This document shows positions 62,269-64,000 of a DNA stretch of 64,000 nt, piece by piece. The notes beneath the pieces are model-generated. The model saw only the letters and a program-made list of their open reading frames with translations, was not told the DNA's origin and searched no databases. Location: the NCBI GenBank assembly GCA_965200155.1, contig CBDATR010000010.1:288001-352000 (forward strand), given 5' to 3'. The position numbers and the translations under genes were made by a program. This stretch comes from Nitrosopumilaceae archaeon. Lineage in GTDB: Archaea; Thermoproteota; Nitrososphaeria; Nitrososphaerales; Nitrosopumilaceae. Every line of letters begins with the position of its first letter. The first letter of the stretch is position 1.

Positions 62269-63014
62269 ATGATGTTTGTTAGTGTGAATCTGATAATGAT
62301 ATTCGGAAGTAGTTTTATCCACTGATCCTATCGCTCCTGAAGACCCTGGACATTCTAATGAAATGTGAGAGTTGGTGTGCCCGTTAGTGACCTTGTTATC
62401 TTGAGTCATGCCCTAATCTCTGGACTGTATTTTTATTAATCAGCACCAAAAGTGAGCATCGTAGTTATCTATGCCCAGCTAGAAATGCATTCTCGTAATA
62501 ACCAATACCGAAGACTGTCAGTGCCATATTGTATGAGTTCACGTGTTTTGATCACATAATAAGATAGAATGCATCCCAGTTTTTTAATTATAATTGCATT
62601 CTGGCAGCAACCTCGTTCATTACAGAAAGGCCCTGAGCCCTCCATGTCTGAATACATGATACGAATGTGGACATGCGGCGCATGGCCCTTTCACCACCCT
62701 TTATCTGGCCACTAATTTTGCGGAATACCACTGCGTATCGCAGAGCCTGCTCCGCTGGATTGTTGGTGGGCTCCACACCGTCATATTCTAAGAATACGAA
62801 CATGCCTGGTATGGCCTTATTCAATCCTTTTACCTTCTTTTGCAGTTCAGTATCATCAACATCACAGTACTGATGCATCTGCTCCTGCCTCAAATGAGTG
62901 TCGTAATTGCGCGGACGGCCCGCAACGATTCACGTGCGCTCCGGAACAATTCTTTCAAATCGTTGTCAAGTTTGATCCGGGCGTCCTGATCACCGGGATC
63001 GATATAGAATCCTG

Positions 63015-63106
63015 GTATGAGTTCACCTGTGTCTAAATTTACGCATAACTGATCGCGACAGTTAATGTGATTTGTGCATAAGATTCCGGAAGACGTGAAC
63101 TCATAC
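63015..63106 (-). mobile_element. 92-bp MITE at a deletion junction
   Basis: No TSD; flanks correspond to positions ~315 bp apart in IS66 copy 1. Confidence 0.9.
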
Positions 63107-63338
63107 GACAATTATGTTGTTTACCGCACCCACCGATATATTCAGGCCGAAGAGATCCCTCGAAATTACAGGTATGCGCTTTATTGGAATCTTTTCCACA
63201 CGTAATGCAGTGATGGCACCACATCTCAAAACCACCACTCTCTGGGACGCCCGCTGCTGGGGCCAGTTGTTTTTTGCCGCACATACATGTGGCCATTTCT
63301 ATCACATGAAGGGTCTCCTCTATTCTGGCTGGTATTAA

Positions 63339-63430
63339 GTATGAGTTCACCTGTGTCTAAATTTACGCATAACTGATCGCGACAGTTAATGTGATTTGTG
63401 CATAAGATTCCGGAAGACGTGAACTCATAC
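63339..63430 (-). mobile_element. 92-bp MITE
   Basis: TSD ggtattaa. Confidence 0.95.
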
Positions 63431-64000
63431 GGTATTAATTCTGTTATGCGTCGTTGTTTCCAACCACTTTTTCTCATCATATTGCCGCACTCACATATTG
63501 GAGTATGCTCAAAGTTGTGGCGCATTACTCTGTCGGGGTTGTGGGAACGGGAAACCCCCTTGTGCCCCTTTTGCGCGCCAGCCTTTTTGGCGGATTTCGT
63601 ACTGGCTTCTGTCTGTTGCTTATTATCTCCCTGTTTCCGCTTCTTGTACTGGAGGGATTGAAGGGATGGTGGCGAGTGAGCATTATCATAATATTTAAGT
63701 CGCGTTGTGATTACCGCAATTTTCCCCTGTTTTTCTTCTAATTTCTCATTCAATTCATTTACATAATTCCTAATAATTTGGAAATCTTGTGTGAGATTTC
63801 GTATTTCTTTTGTGGTGCGGGACACATATGCTTCCAATACTCTCACACGTTCCTTGTAATGTGCAAGTTCTTTCTTGGTAGACGCAAGGGTATACTGAAG
63901 AAGCTTATTTTTCAGTTCCAATTCCTTATAGGACAGGCGTCTTCTCATTAGATTCTTATTACAAATTTGATATTTAAGCAAAATATTGTCATGCCAATCT

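Larger units (their letters stand above)
62531..64000 (-). mobile_element. Second IS66 copy, disrupted by two MITEs, continuing past the window end
   Basis: Right TIR at 62531; homologous to 8738-10424. Confidence 0.9.

Overview
Archaeal chromosome segment whose gene content points to Nitrososphaerota (Thaumarchaeota), Nitrosopumilaceae/Cenarchaeum-like. It carries a core of housekeeping genes: glyA, cca, PolD DP1/DP2, cdc6 with ORB-bearing oriC, GINS, glnA, pyrD, the CoA cluster (pok, pps, panB, coaBC), prs, tfb, queE, sepF, aCPSF1/FttA, psmB, egsA, ureF, mscS, cysC, a cysQ-like gene and tRNA-Pro(GGG). This core is heavily invaded by decayed mobile DNA: two IS66 copies, 16 copies of a 92-bp IS66-type MITE with 8-bp TSDs, four IS481 copies (two with 15-16-bp TSDs), two IS5-family remnants, two TnpB remnants and a second MITE family. 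The most unusual signal is six unrelated loci with CRISPR-like geometry: a 35-38-bp insert flanked by a 36-37-bp direct duplication of local target sequence (period 72-74 bp). Empty-site paralogs in the window show two of them are true insertions, and one insert matches another chromosomal locus. This resembles ectopic Cas1-Cas2-type spacer integration, although no cas genes are in the window. Also notable are a poly-G switch in the signal peptide of an FN3 surface protein, a three-tier perfect tandem-repeat protein, and short-motif arrays near oriC. All coordinates and calls were made by eye, without database searches.
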